DNA of 64,000 bases from an uncultured Chthonomonadaceae bacterium. Its GTDB lineage: Bacteria; Armatimonadota; Chthonomonadetes; Chthonomonadales; Chthonomonadaceae. This document shows positions 28,167 through 38,059 of the stretch, piece after piece. How positions within the stretch are numbered: position 1 is the first letter of the stretch; each line of letters opens with the position of its first letter. The stretch covers positions 480,001 to 544,000 of the forward strand of contig CAWIEK010000053.1 of the NCBI GenBank assembly GCA_963835065.1, read 5' to 3'. The notes below the pieces were generated by a model, which saw nothing but the letters and a program-made list of their open reading frames with translations, had not been told where the DNA came from and did not search any database. A program made the translations under genes and the position numbers.

Positions 28167-30380
28167 CTAAAACGACCTTCCAATCCCGAAGTGCCCCCGC
28201 GCGCCTTCCGAGCCGAAGCCCAGGTCGAAGCGGAGGGGGCCGAGGGGGGTTCCGATGCGGATGCCAATGCCTGCGCCGAGGCGGGGCTGAAACGCGCTTT
28301 GCGCGAAGCCGCTCAAGTTGACGTGGCTGTAATCCCCGCCCCATGTGTCGCCCACATCCAGGAACAACACGCCCTTGAACTTCCGCGCAAGCGGTTGCCG
28401 CAGTTCCAGAGTGCCCGCCATCATGTAATTGCCCCAGAAACGATCTTCCCGGTAGCCGCGCAGGGTGTCAATGCCGCCCAAAAAGAACTGTTCCGCAAAC
28501 GGCAATTTCCCCACCCCGCTGCCCGCCATCAGGCGCATTGCCAGCGAGGTTTTGTCTTCGTCCAGTTTGTTCGGATTACGCGCTCCGCTCAGGCTGTAAT
28601 ACTGGCGCAGTTCCAGCGAGGATTTGCCAAAGTTGCCGCTCCCAAACACGCCCGGAATATCCGCGCCGTTGCCCACAGGCCGCAGGTTGGCGTGTCCCAA
28701 CGCCATTGTGAAGGACTGATAGCCGCCGCGTACCGCATCGTCCGGGAAATCGCGCGTATCGTGCAGCAGCAGGCCGCTCATCTGGAAAATCGGCCCGTTT
28801 TGAAGAATTGTAGAACTCAGCCCGCTCAGGTCGGAAAGCGGATCGGTGCGCGTGTCCTCGCCTTTCAGGGTCAGTCCCGCCCGCAGCGTGTCGCTCAAGG
28901 GCCGCAGAAACGCGATGCTGGCTCCCGTTCGTTGCTGATTGAACTGCCCATTTTGCAGCGACGATTGCGAATTGAACAGGCCGTTTTGCAGGCTGGACGA
29001 AAACCGCGTGATGTTCTTGTCATACAGCGACAAGTCCATTTGCGTCCCCTTTTTGTCCACCCAGGGGCGCAGGTAATCGGCTTCCAGCGTATGCTGCTTG
29101 AACGAACTGGTTCCTAATGCTCCCGTCAGGCTCAGGGTTTCGCCCCGCCCCCGGAAGTTATGCTCCACAATGGACGCGGTTCCCACCGGCCCGGAACTCG
29201 CGCTGTAACTCAAACCGCCCAACACCTGCCCGCTCTTCTTTTCCGGCACGTTGTAGACAAGCGCGATTTTGCCCGGTCCCGCGCTGCGCTCTTCCACCGT
29301 CACGTCTTCAAACAGGTCCGTCTTGTACACAGCCACGCGGTCACGCTGAACGGTAGCGCGATTGTAGTAATCGCCCTTTTTCGTTTTCAGTTCGCGCAAA
29401 ACCACTTCGGGGCGCGTTTTGTGGATTTTGGCAACTTTAATGTCGGAAACCCGCGCCACCACAAGCCGCGCTTTCAGGATTCCCTTTGAATCCAGCCCCG
29501 CGTCCGGGTCGGGCGTGACGGCATAGCCGCGCTTGTTGTACAAATCCTGAATGTCGGAGCAGTCGCGGCGGAACTGGAACGGGTTGTACACCATGCCCGG
29601 CTTGACGCGCAGCAGCGGCATAATGTCGGCCTCCTTGACCGGCCCGTTACCCTCTATAGCCACGCCCTTTACGGTATCGTTTTCGTCCACTTCGACAATA
29701 ACTTTGTACCGTTTCGCCGTTTTCGTATCTCCATCGCTTTTATCGGATTTATCTTTTTCGTCTTTGTCCTTGACGCTGTTCGCCATCGCCGCCAGAATCG
29801 GGTTGCGGTCTTCGGCAAGCTCAATGTGAACGCGCACGGCATCTTCGACAGACCCGCTGTGCATCCCGAAGAAGCCTTTCTGGAAGATATTGGCCCGCAT
29901 TTCACTCAGCACCGACTCAATACAGGCATCGCCCGCATTGTGCCCGCTGAACAAAATAATGGCGGTTTGCGACAGGGTTTTGTTGCCGATAACGACAATC
30001 TGCCCGATGCGCGGGGTATCCGGCGGCAAATCGGCTTCGGGTTCCGGCGCAAGCGCGGTAATGGGTTTGAGGATAGAGGAGGGTATGGCGGGAGCGGGTT
30101 TCGCGGCAGTGGTTTTGGCGTCTGTAGAGGGCGCGGGAGTCGTGGTTTGCGCCAGGCAGGAATGCCCGCCCAAAGCCAGCGCGCACAGGGTTGACAGGGA
30201 CAGCGTTGACAGGCGCAGAATAGAAGGCGCAATTACGAGACGTGAGGCGCGGCTGTAGCGATTACGCCGCGCCGTAACCGCCTCGAACGGCGCAGACACA
30301 CAAGCAAGGGAGGTTTTCAGCATCAACGTGGCTACTCCTTCCCATTTCCACGCCAGGCGGCGCGAAAATTTGCCGAGCAA
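28167..30380 (-). CDS. Omp85/BamA-family outer membrane protein with POTRA domains (start uncertain)
   Basis: POTRA-like repeats, NFRGRGE, FFLGG..LRGY, GIRIGTPLGPLRFDLG, terminal F. Confidence 0.9.
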   Translation of the reverse strand: MLGKFSRRLAWKWEGVATLMLKTSLACVSAPFEAVTARRNRYSRASRLVIAPSILRLSTLSLSTLCALALGGHSCLAQTTTPAPSTDAKTTAAKPAPAIPSSILKPITALAPEPEADLPPDTPRIGQIVVIGNKTLSQTAIILFSGHNAGDACIESVLSEMRANIFQKGFFGMHSGSVEDAVRVHIELAEDRNPILAAMANSVKDKDEKDKSDKSDGDTKTAKRYKVIVEVDENDTVKGVAIEGNGPVKEADIMPLLRVKPGMVYNPFQFRRDCSDIQDLYNKRGYAVTPDPDAGLDSKGILKARLVVARVSDIKVAKIHKTRPEVVLRELKTKKGDYYNRATVQRDRVAVYKTDLFEDVTVEERSAGPGKIALVYNVPEKKSGQVLGGLSYSASSGPVGTASIVEHNFRGRGETLSLTGALGTSSFKQHTLEADYLRPWVDKKGTQMDLSLYDKNITRFSSSLQNGLFNSQSSLQNGQFNQQRTGASIAFLRPLSDTLRAGLTLKGEDTRTDPLSDLSGLSSTILQNGPIFQMSGLLLHDTRDFPDDAVRGGYQSFTMALGHANLRPVGNGADIPGVFGSGNFGKSSLELRQYYSLSGARNPNKLDEDKTSLAMRLMAGSGVGKLPFAEQFFLGGIDTLRGYREDRFWGNYMMAGTLELRQPLARKFKGVLFLDVGDTWGGDYSHVNLSGFAQSAFQPRLGAGIGIRIGTPLGPLRFDLGFGSEGARGHFGIGRSF

Positions 30381-30594
30381 GCGTCAGGAAAGAGGAATGG
30401 GAAAACAATCTGGCGAACATATTCTGACACATATTCGGTATTGACACCGATTTCTCCTGCTTGTAACGGAATTTCCGCCGAACTTTTTCCAATGAACATC
30501 GAGGAGCCGCATGGCAAGATTTTAATTCCTTGTCTGCCGCCTTTGACGCCGCAAAACCTCTCAAAAATATTCGTAAATCGTCTATACTAAATCA

Positions 30595-32304
30595 ATGCCA
30601 ACTACGGAACCCTCGCCCCGCATGACGCTGTGCCTGGCGGTTGATTTGAAAAAATCAACCGTTGCCGGGCTGCGCCTGTCTACCAAGCGCCTCGACCGCT
30701 TCAATCTCGCCCTGATACGGCAGTTAAGCCCGCACCTGCTTGCCGTCGGATTGGACAGGGCGTTCGTAAAGTTTACGGGGGACGGCTGGCTGGTGATTAC
30801 GGATGATCCCGAAGACGCCGGGGCGCTGTGCTGCCTCGCCATCATTCTCGCCTGCCGCTTTCAGCCCGAAATGGCCGAAGATGCCGGTCTTGATCTGGCA
30901 GATGTGCCGGCCCTGCGCCTGTCCGTCTGCTTTGGGCGCGATCTCGCCGTAGAATTGCCGAACGGACAGCGCGATTTCGTCGGCGACAGCGTCCGCCATG
31001 CCGTCCGCGCCTGCCAATTCTGCCATGACAACGAGGTTCTGGTGGACGATACCGTGTTGCGCTGGGTACACCACGATTTTGTCACCCAACGCCTGCCCCT
31101 CGAAGACCGCCGCGCCGAATTCCCCGACGCCAAACTCGAACACGATATGTCGTTCCACATTGTCGAAGAACTGCGCGCCGAATCCGTTCTGGACAGCGAA
31201 GCGCCGGAGCATTTCGTCAACACGCTGACGGTTATCGGGCGCATGGGGGACGCGAAAGCGCTGGCGGGGCGAGTGGCAACGACGCTGCAAACGGATGCGG
31301 AGGGCACAAACGCCGACCAGCAGGAATTGAACGAGCGCTTTAATCGCCTGCTGTCGAGCCATCTGGATTACGAGACGGTCAACCGCCTGCTGCGCGACAT
31401 GCGCGAAGCCGGACTGCGCCCCGATGTGCGAACGTTCAACAACCTCATCGCCAAGTCCGGCGACCACGATACGCAGTGCCGCTGGCTGCAGCGGATGCGG
31501 CAGGAAGGCGTTCTGCCGGACGTGCAGACGTTCACCATCCTGATAGAGCAGGCCGCAAGCGAGGCGATGGTAACGCGCTGGCTGACCCGGATGCGCAGAG
31601 CAGGCGTCGTGCCGGACACGTATCTGCTGAACGCGCTGATTGACCGCGCCCCTGACTACGAAGGGGTTGCCGCGCGGTTCGCGCAGATGCAGGAATGGGG
31701 CGTGTGTCCCAACGCCACCACGTATGACCTGCTCATCGAAAAATCGCCGGACGTGACAACGGGGCAAAAGTGGATCGAGCGCATGTTTGAAGCCGACATC
31801 GCGCCCGGTGAAGTGTCGTTTCGCTCCCTGTTTTCCAAGAATTTAAGCGGCGTAAATGCCGACGAACTGCTGGCATGGTTTTTGCGTCAGCCGACCCATC
31901 CCGTCAACGCCATCTGGCGCGCGATTGCCGAGTATCGCAAGGCAGGCCGCATAGACGACGCCCTGCGCCTGTGCCTCGACTACCCGTACACGCAGGCCGC
32001 GCAGCGCATTTTCCGCGCCCACCCGGATCGAACGCTCGCCTACTTCCAATCCATTCTGCAGTGGGAGCCGAACCACGCAAACGGCGCGTATGCGCTAGGC
32101 CAAGCTCTGCTCACGCTGAACCGCGCTCCTGAAGCCCTCCCCTGGCTGCAAAAAGCGTTCGCGCTGGCCTCGCCCGGCCCCCGCCGCGAAGAACTGACCC
32201 GCTATCTGGAACAGGTACAAAACACGGCTTGCAAGAAGGTTGCTGAAAATACTTTTTCTGCTGTTCAAACGAGCAGGGATTTTGTAAAGGCTGTATGCTT
32301 ATGA
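30595..32304 (+). CDS. Class III nucleotidyl cyclase-like domain + five 32-aa PPR-like repeats + TPR
   Basis: AVDLKKST, VKFTGDGWL, RDFVGDSVRHAVR; repeats MREAGLRPDVRTFNNLI / MRQEGVLPDVQTFTILI / MRRAGVVPDTYLLNALI / MQEWGVCPNATTYDLLI; TPR AYALGQAL..EALPWLQKA. Confidence 0.8.
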   Translation: MPTTEPSPRMTLCLAVDLKKSTVAGLRLSTKRLDRFNLALIRQLSPHLLAVGLDRAFVKFTGDGWLVITDDPEDAGALCCLAIILACRFQPEMAEDAGLDLADVPALRLSVCFGRDLAVELPNGQRDFVGDSVRHAVRACQFCHDNEVLVDDTVLRWVHHDFVTQRLPLEDRRAEFPDAKLEHDMSFHIVEELRAESVLDSEAPEHFVNTLTVIGRMGDAKALAGRVATTLQTDAEGTNADQQELNERFNRLLSSHLDYETVNRLLRDMREAGLRPDVRTFNNLIAKSGDHDTQCRWLQRMRQEGVLPDVQTFTILIEQAASEAMVTRWLTRMRRAGVVPDTYLLNALIDRAPDYEGVAARFAQMQEWGVCPNATTYDLLIEKSPDVTTGQKWIERMFEADIAPGEVSFRSLFSKNLSGVNADELLAWFLRQPTHPVNAIWRAIAEYRKAGRIDDALRLCLDYPYTQAAQRIFRAHPDRTLAYFQSILQWEPNHANGAYALGQALLTLNRAPEALPWLQKAFALASPGPRREELTRYLEQVQNTACKKVAENTFSAVQTSRDFVKAVCL

Positions 32305-34429
32305 ATGAGACAGTTACGCCTCTTATAACCGTAGATGAAGCTTGTGAACTGAATGAGGACGAGCGGCTGCAACTCCTGAAAGAACGATGGAACTTGGAAC
32401 TGCCCATTGTTTTTGGGCGCGTAACATGGCATCAGCGTGGCTATTGGGTGCTAAGTGGTGTGTGCGGCCCTAACATGACACCATTAGAGTACCCTTTGTC
32501 AGACTACAACGGATATGTGGTAGATGAGGTATACATAGGGGAAGAACCCAACATCACCCGTCACTAGAAGGAACATTCGCACGTATAACTTTTGATATTG
32601 CACCGCATGGTGCTCGTCGAAGACGAAAAAATCCGTTACTTATTTGTGCTGTGCAAGAGAGCCTGACGCAGTACGAAAACATTCGAGCCATAGATGCAGT
32701 AGCAGGCTTGGACGGCAGCATTTGGGTTGAGGAGTTTGTTAAACAAGACTACCTTCAACGAAAACGGAAACAGTGGGATGAGGTGCTTCGCCCGTTAGAA
32801 AAACGAGTTGAAGAGTTAAAGCCTGAATGTGAGAATTTAGAGAATCAGGTTGTGAGATTCCAACAGGATGTTGATTCCCTGACAACGAGTGTAGCAATAC
32901 TCGAAGAGAAGAAACAGATAATGACGAAAAATGTAGAGCAGCTAACGGCGTTTGTTAAGCAACAGGCAACTCGTCTCAGAGATTTGGATTTCATTACGGA
33001 GGACCAATACAGGCGTCTCATCGGCGAAGATAACTCTAAGCCACCGCAAGAGCCGTACCTTGAGTTCTCGAAAAACCTCAGCAAAAACTTTCCCAAACTT
33101 GTTTCTACCATTCAGGCATATCTACATGAGCAGGGCAAATTGTATCCACGCTATCTTCTCACAGATTTCCTGACCCTGCTGCGCACTCACGACTTTATTG
33201 TTTTGGCGGGATTGTCAGGATCGGGGAAAACGCAACTCGTTAAAGCATTTGCTGACGCGACGCATGGTGTCGCCCATATCATTCCTGTCAAGCCGAATTG
33301 GACGAGCGCAGAAGACCTCCTGGGCTACTATAATCCTATCCAACGCACATATCTCACCACGCCATTTCTAGAAGCGCTGATGCAAGCTAAAAACGATCCA
33401 GAACGTTTGCACCTGATCTGTCTTGATGAAATGAATCTGGCACGAGTGGAATACTACTTTGCAGATTTCTTATCATGTCTGGAAGAGCGAGAGCAGGCGC
33501 CTGTAATCAATCTTTACTCGCCGGACGAGGCTAATCACGTATTATCGGAGTTCAAGGGCTTCCTTAACCTTGTGGATGACGCAATTTCCAGCCAGCCGGA
33601 CACAAAAGTTGAAAAGTTCGGCGACCTCATGTTGAATGAGGCCCTCAACAAGCGGCTTCAGGAACTACTTGGCACGGGGGAAAAGGAACATATTATCGGG
33701 CTGCACAACCGCCTGCGTCGCCTTGTAGCGGGTGTACTCAATGTTCCCGCAACTTTTACTTTGCCGCTTAACGTCCGTATTCTTGGGACTGTCAACGTTG
33801 ATGAGACAACTCATTATCTCGCGCCAAAAGTATTGGATCGTGCTCATGTACTCCGCTTCATAAGCCCTCTCGAATATGATACAGACAAGATCGCCGAAGA
33901 AGTTGACTCAGCCAAAACCAGTAGGGTGTGGCTCACCCCGGACGACCTTCGATCTCCACGGGAGTCATACCCAAAGTTCAACAAGAATGACTTCGTTGCT
34001 AAGTATCTCATTCAGTGGAGGCAAGACTTTCTCGCACCGCTCGGAATGGACATCGGCCTGCGCACGATTCGACAAGCGCTTCATTACTGTAACCTTTTTA
34101 TGGAAGCGGTTGCTGAGGGTTCTGACGATGAGAAGAAGCAGGCTGCGCTCAATGCTGCGCTCAATAATATCCTTTTGCATAAAATTCTCCCTCGCTTTTC
34201 ATTCGATGGCCGCAGCAAGGTTGAAGCCAGTATTGCGCCCGACACCGCAGCAGGCACAGATGTAACAAAGCAATCGTTGGTTGTAACATTCCGGGCAGAT
34301 GTGGAGAAGAACATAGGGTTAGGAAAACTGCCTGAAAACCTCGTACCCACTCTGAACGCCGTCACAGAGATAGGGCGGCTTGTAGCACGGGCTGAAAACA
34401 ACGACGCGGTGTTCAACTACTGGAGCTAG
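32301..34429 (+). CDS. McrB-family AAA+ GTPase with N-terminal domain and coiled coil (one frameshift near 32558)
   Basis: GLSGSGKT, VKPNWTS.EDLLGYYNP, LDEMNLARVEYYFADFLS, long helical insert, GTVNVDETT, PKVLDRA; the 90-aa upstream ORF joins an open frame leading into 32651. Confidence 0.85.
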
Positions 34430-34442
34430 TCATCCGCGCTGT

Positions 34443-37115
34443 TTGACGTTTCATGCAACAGGAAGCCTTGCCATGACTGCTAATTTTCAACTGCACTACG
34501 TATCGCTGCAATACAGTTCAGGTAAAACTCTTCTGTCACTTACGGCGTCTCACTTTCCCCTTTCGGTTACGAGCGATGGAACCAAGTTCACAGCAAAGGC
34601 AGTCATTTATCCTGACGTTGCTGGAAGACCCGCACAACTAGGCGTAAGCAGTGCCTGCCGTCCCCAAATATGTCGTCCAGACGGAACACTTGTACCTATG
34701 CGGCGAGTTGTCAAACCTTGTTCAAATGAGGCGTACTGGATTGAAGACGGTAGTTGGGAGGAAAGCTATAAAAACTACACGGCGGAAACCCGAAACAAAC
34801 CCGGACTGTTCAAATTCGAATGCGATGATCAGCAATGCGAAGTAGATATTTCTGTAGAGTCGCGCCCTTTCTCAGAAGCAGAATACTTGTCACTACTTGA
34901 CGATTTTCAGCAGTCCCTGTTCGGTCTCGTAGTAGACCCACAAGGTTCGGTCAGCCACGTTTCGTCGAAACAAGTGCCAATATTTAGCAGAGAAGTTGAA
35001 CAATTGTTTCGTGACTTCATCAAATACGCCACACAGATCACAGACGCGCCCACACATGAATTGCGAGAGACACAGGAACTTAGGCGGCCTAGTCGTGTGA
35101 AACCTGTGCGTCGCACGTTCATGGAGATTGCCTGTAAGGGAATGCCTGACAAGTTGACAAGCCGTGCTCATCAGGCATCTTATAACACTCCTGAAAACCG
35201 CTACGTGGCGGCTCTGGTAAACAGAGTGCATCGGGTTGTAAAAAACGCGACAAAGATGTTAGAGGGAAGGCAACGCACACTGGAACGTGCCCACCAAAGA
35301 AATCGTGACCGTATCATTGAAATTGACCGTATCGAAGCGGATGGGTGGCAATATGTCATTGATCAGGACCAGATGGATTATGAGTTACAGGAAGCGCAAA
35401 GACAATCGGAAGCTTGGCAGCAGCGGCAATTGGAAGAATGGGAGCAACAAGTAAACAGAATAATTAAGGCTCAACCTGTAAGGGAGAAAGCACCTGTCAA
35501 GAACTTGCGAATTAAGACTGTCTTTGCCCCACCCAAGAAGATACAAAATGAAGAAGGCATGCATATTAAAATTAAATGTCGGTTGCAAACAAAGACAGAC
35601 TTTGAAGACCAATCTTTCAACCTCTACATACCTGCTCACTTGTGGTTCCCTGGTCTATTTGATGACAAGATGGAGTATGATATTACGGTTGACTATGACT
35701 ACAAGGGGTCGGAACATGTACTTTCTGTGAAATTTCTTAGTTCCGTTGTCATAGTGGATACACAGCTCTTTCGAAGAGATACACCGCACTTCCAATTGGT
35801 TGCAAAACTGAAGACTTTGCGAACGAAACTAAAGAGTACCGGCTGGAAGCAACCCATGACAGCCAAAATGATCCACGACCTAAAAGCAGAACGTCAGGTT
35901 CTCGAAAACCGCACTTTGTCAGATACGTCTTCACCCCTTGATAGCCACATACACAACCTCGGCGCGTTAGAGCGACAACTCACGTCGCTTCAGAAGCGTC
36001 AAAAGTCTTTGGGCATCAAGCAGGATGCTCATTTCCCGGGTTCAATTATCTTTGTGCAAAATCCGCTGTATTCCGGCCTCAAATCCTCCTATGGGCAGCT
36101 ACTGGTCAAAGGCGAGATCAATGAGGACTTAATGGAGCAGATTACTGGATTGGATGCGCTAGGCATAATTGACCTGCCGACAATTTACGAAAAATGGTGC
36201 ATGGTCAAGTTCATGGATTGTATCATTCGGGATTGCAATTTTATACCTCAAAACAAGAATTGGGTGGATGAGATCGTCTTCACGGCATCAGGGAAACGAG
36301 GAAGGTTTGAATGTGAGTTTAAACACGAGCATCTTCCATACTGTATTCGGTTTTCCTATCAGGAGGCCAGGAGAAACTACGCCTTCAACGAGAATCAGAC
36401 GAGGACATTTGTACCCGACTTTGTTTTTCAATTCTCACATCAAGAACAAAACATTTGGACGGACTTTGCGACTCTGGTATGTGATGCGAAGTGTAAGAAC
36501 TTCGCACTCAATAAACCAACTGCTCTGGCTGATGATGCCTGGAACATTGATAAGAAGTACCGTCGAACTCCGCAAGACTTTATCTTCGTCGTCCACCCTG
36601 CACAAGGCGCTATCAAGCGCCCACGTACAAGTCTGCTTCAAGTATGGGGGCAATCCTCCTTCTATGGGGGGAGTTGGCCGCCTGACTGGAAATTTCTTAC
36701 AGATGGAGGGCGTGAGGAAAGGACACGATGGGTAGATCAACAGACGCCAAACCACCGGTTAGGGGCAATACTCTTAAAGCCACTCTCACAGGAGAGTATA
36801 GCCGACACGGACAACTTCAGGCGGCTTGTGCTAATGCTGCTGGAATATGGTTCACAACACAAAGAGCCTTTGTTTTGTTGCGCCTGCGGCAGTACAGATT
36901 TGAAAAAAGAACAGCAGTACGCAGGGCATAAATTGACTTGTCGTGACTGTGGTGAATTCGCTATTTACACCCACTGCAACAACCTTCAGTGTAGTATGGG
37001 GACTCTAGGCAAACATGCTAACCTATACAAACACGGCACGTATTGGACGTTCCATGACTTTCACCCTACCGCCCCGTACAACATACGTTGTCCGCAGTGT
37101 GGCAGCACATTATAA
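34443..37115 (+). CDS. McrC-like DUF2357/PD-(D/E)xK nuclease with coiled-coil insert and C-terminal zinc ribbons
   Basis: SYNTPENRYV, FVQNPLY, IYEKWC, PDF..DAKCK, CCAC/CRDC/CNNLQC/CPQC; follows McrB. Confidence 0.85.
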   Translation: MTFHATGSLAMTANFQLHYVSLQYSSGKTLLSLTASHFPLSVTSDGTKFTAKAVIYPDVAGRPAQLGVSSACRPQICRPDGTLVPMRRVVKPCSNEAYWIEDGSWEESYKNYTAETRNKPGLFKFECDDQQCEVDISVESRPFSEAEYLSLLDDFQQSLFGLVVDPQGSVSHVSSKQVPIFSREVEQLFRDFIKYATQITDAPTHELRETQELRRPSRVKPVRRTFMEIACKGMPDKLTSRAHQASYNTPENRYVAALVNRVHRVVKNATKMLEGRQRTLERAHQRNRDRIIEIDRIEADGWQYVIDQDQMDYELQEAQRQSEAWQQRQLEEWEQQVNRIIKAQPVREKAPVKNLRIKTVFAPPKKIQNEEGMHIKIKCRLQTKTDFEDQSFNLYIPAHLWFPGLFDDKMEYDITVDYDYKGSEHVLSVKFLSSVVIVDTQLFRRDTPHFQLVAKLKTLRTKLKSTGWKQPMTAKMIHDLKAERQVLENRTLSDTSSPLDSHIHNLGALERQLTSLQKRQKSLGIKQDAHFPGSIIFVQNPLYSGLKSSYGQLLVKGEINEDLMEQITGLDALGIIDLPTIYEKWCMVKFMDCIIRDCNFIPQNKNWVDEIVFTASGKRGRFECEFKHEHLPYCIRFSYQEARRNYAFNENQTRTFVPDFVFQFSHQEQNIWTDFATLVCDAKCKNFALNKPTALADDAWNIDKKYRRTPQDFIFVVHPAQGAIKRPRTSLLQVWGQSSFYGGSWPPDWKFLTDGGREERTRWVDQQTPNHRLGAILLKPLSQESIADTDNFRRLVLMLLEYGSQHKEPLFCCACGSTDLKKEQQYAGHKLTCRDCGEFAIYTHCNNLQCSMGTLGKHANLYKHGTYWTFHDFHPTAPYNIRCPQCGSTL

Positions 37116-37160
37116 GGCACATTGGTTTGATTTCAGACTTCATTCTTGATTTTATAATGT

Positions 37161-37574
37161 TTACTCACTCCACGCGATATTTTGTGCGGCAAGATGTGTT
37201 CGGATACGCGCAAACTCCTGATCGTGGTACGTCGCCGCCTCCTCTGATGTTGGCTGCCACAGAGCATAACGAACCAATTTGCTCGCCTCTTCCAGTGCAA
37301 TATAGTCGGCTTCCATACGGCCCAAATGCTTTTTCACGTACTTGATGCGTTCGTTATGATTCGCGGGAAGTGGTTCCTGGAGACGTCCGCTTTTTGCAAT
37401 GGCATGGGCTTGTACAAGCTGCAGAGCGGCATAGAACAGCACCACCAGCGCCCATCCGGCATCTTCCGGCGTTTGCAGAAAGCGTTGGTAACGCTGGTAG
37501 TTCCCTCGCGCGCCATCAATATGCTTGCGCGCTTGCTTTCCCGGCTGCAGCTGTGGCAGTTGTCTGGAGGGCAT
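37161..37574 (-). CDS. HEPN-like protein (putative toxin)
   Basis: H...A..N, W..VVLFYAALQLV, P.NH.ER, Y..L...S..VRY pattern. Confidence 0.6.
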   Translation of the reverse strand: MPSRQLPQLQPGKQARKHIDGARGNYQRYQRFLQTPEDAGWALVVLFYAALQLVQAHAIAKSGRLQEPLPANHNERIKYVKKHLGRMEADYIALEEASKLVRYALWQPTSEEAATYHDQEFARIRTHLAAQNIAWSE

Positions 37575-37589
37575 GAACGCCTGCTTTCT

Positions 37590-38012
37590 CTACACGTCGG
37601 CAAAGCGCGGGTTGTTCGCGGCCTCATCAAGTTCACGCCGGGGGCGAAACTCTATATTTATGATGGCATCAGGGTACTTGCGATACAAGTCGCCGCGTAA
37701 TTTAACGATCTTATAAAATGCCTCGCTTCGTATTTCGGGAACCTCGATGCGGTATATCGGCTCCCACTCGTTTTCACCTGCGCGCAACGTCATAGAGGCG
37801 TCCCCTATCTTTACGGCACGTTCACGGAAAATGCGGTTAGCAATTTGCGTTTGCGTTTCTGCCAGTACCGGCGCTGGCGTACCCGATGCAACGCTCTGCC
37901 CATCATCCGCAGGGGAAGCGGACTTGGCAGGCGTTTGTTCCGCCGCCTTTTTGCCTGTCCGCCTGCGCTCCGGCTTCGGAAAATAGCGCCCCGGTTTTAA
38001 TTGGGTTTCCAT
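37590..38012 (-). CDS. Hypothetical protein, putative antitoxin partner
   Basis: 140 aa, 15 bp upstream of the HEPN-like gene on the same strand. Confidence 0.55.
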   Translation of the reverse strand: METQLKPGRYFPKPERRRTGKKAAEQTPAKSASPADDGQSVASGTPAPVLAETQTQIANRIFRERAVKIGDASMTLRAGENEWEPIYRIEVPEIRSEAFYKIVKLRGDLYRKYPDAIINIEFRPRRELDEAANNPRFADV

Positions 38013-38059
38013 GATGCCTGGCTCTTCCTTTTATTCGTGGCCTGCCCTGTCCAACACTT

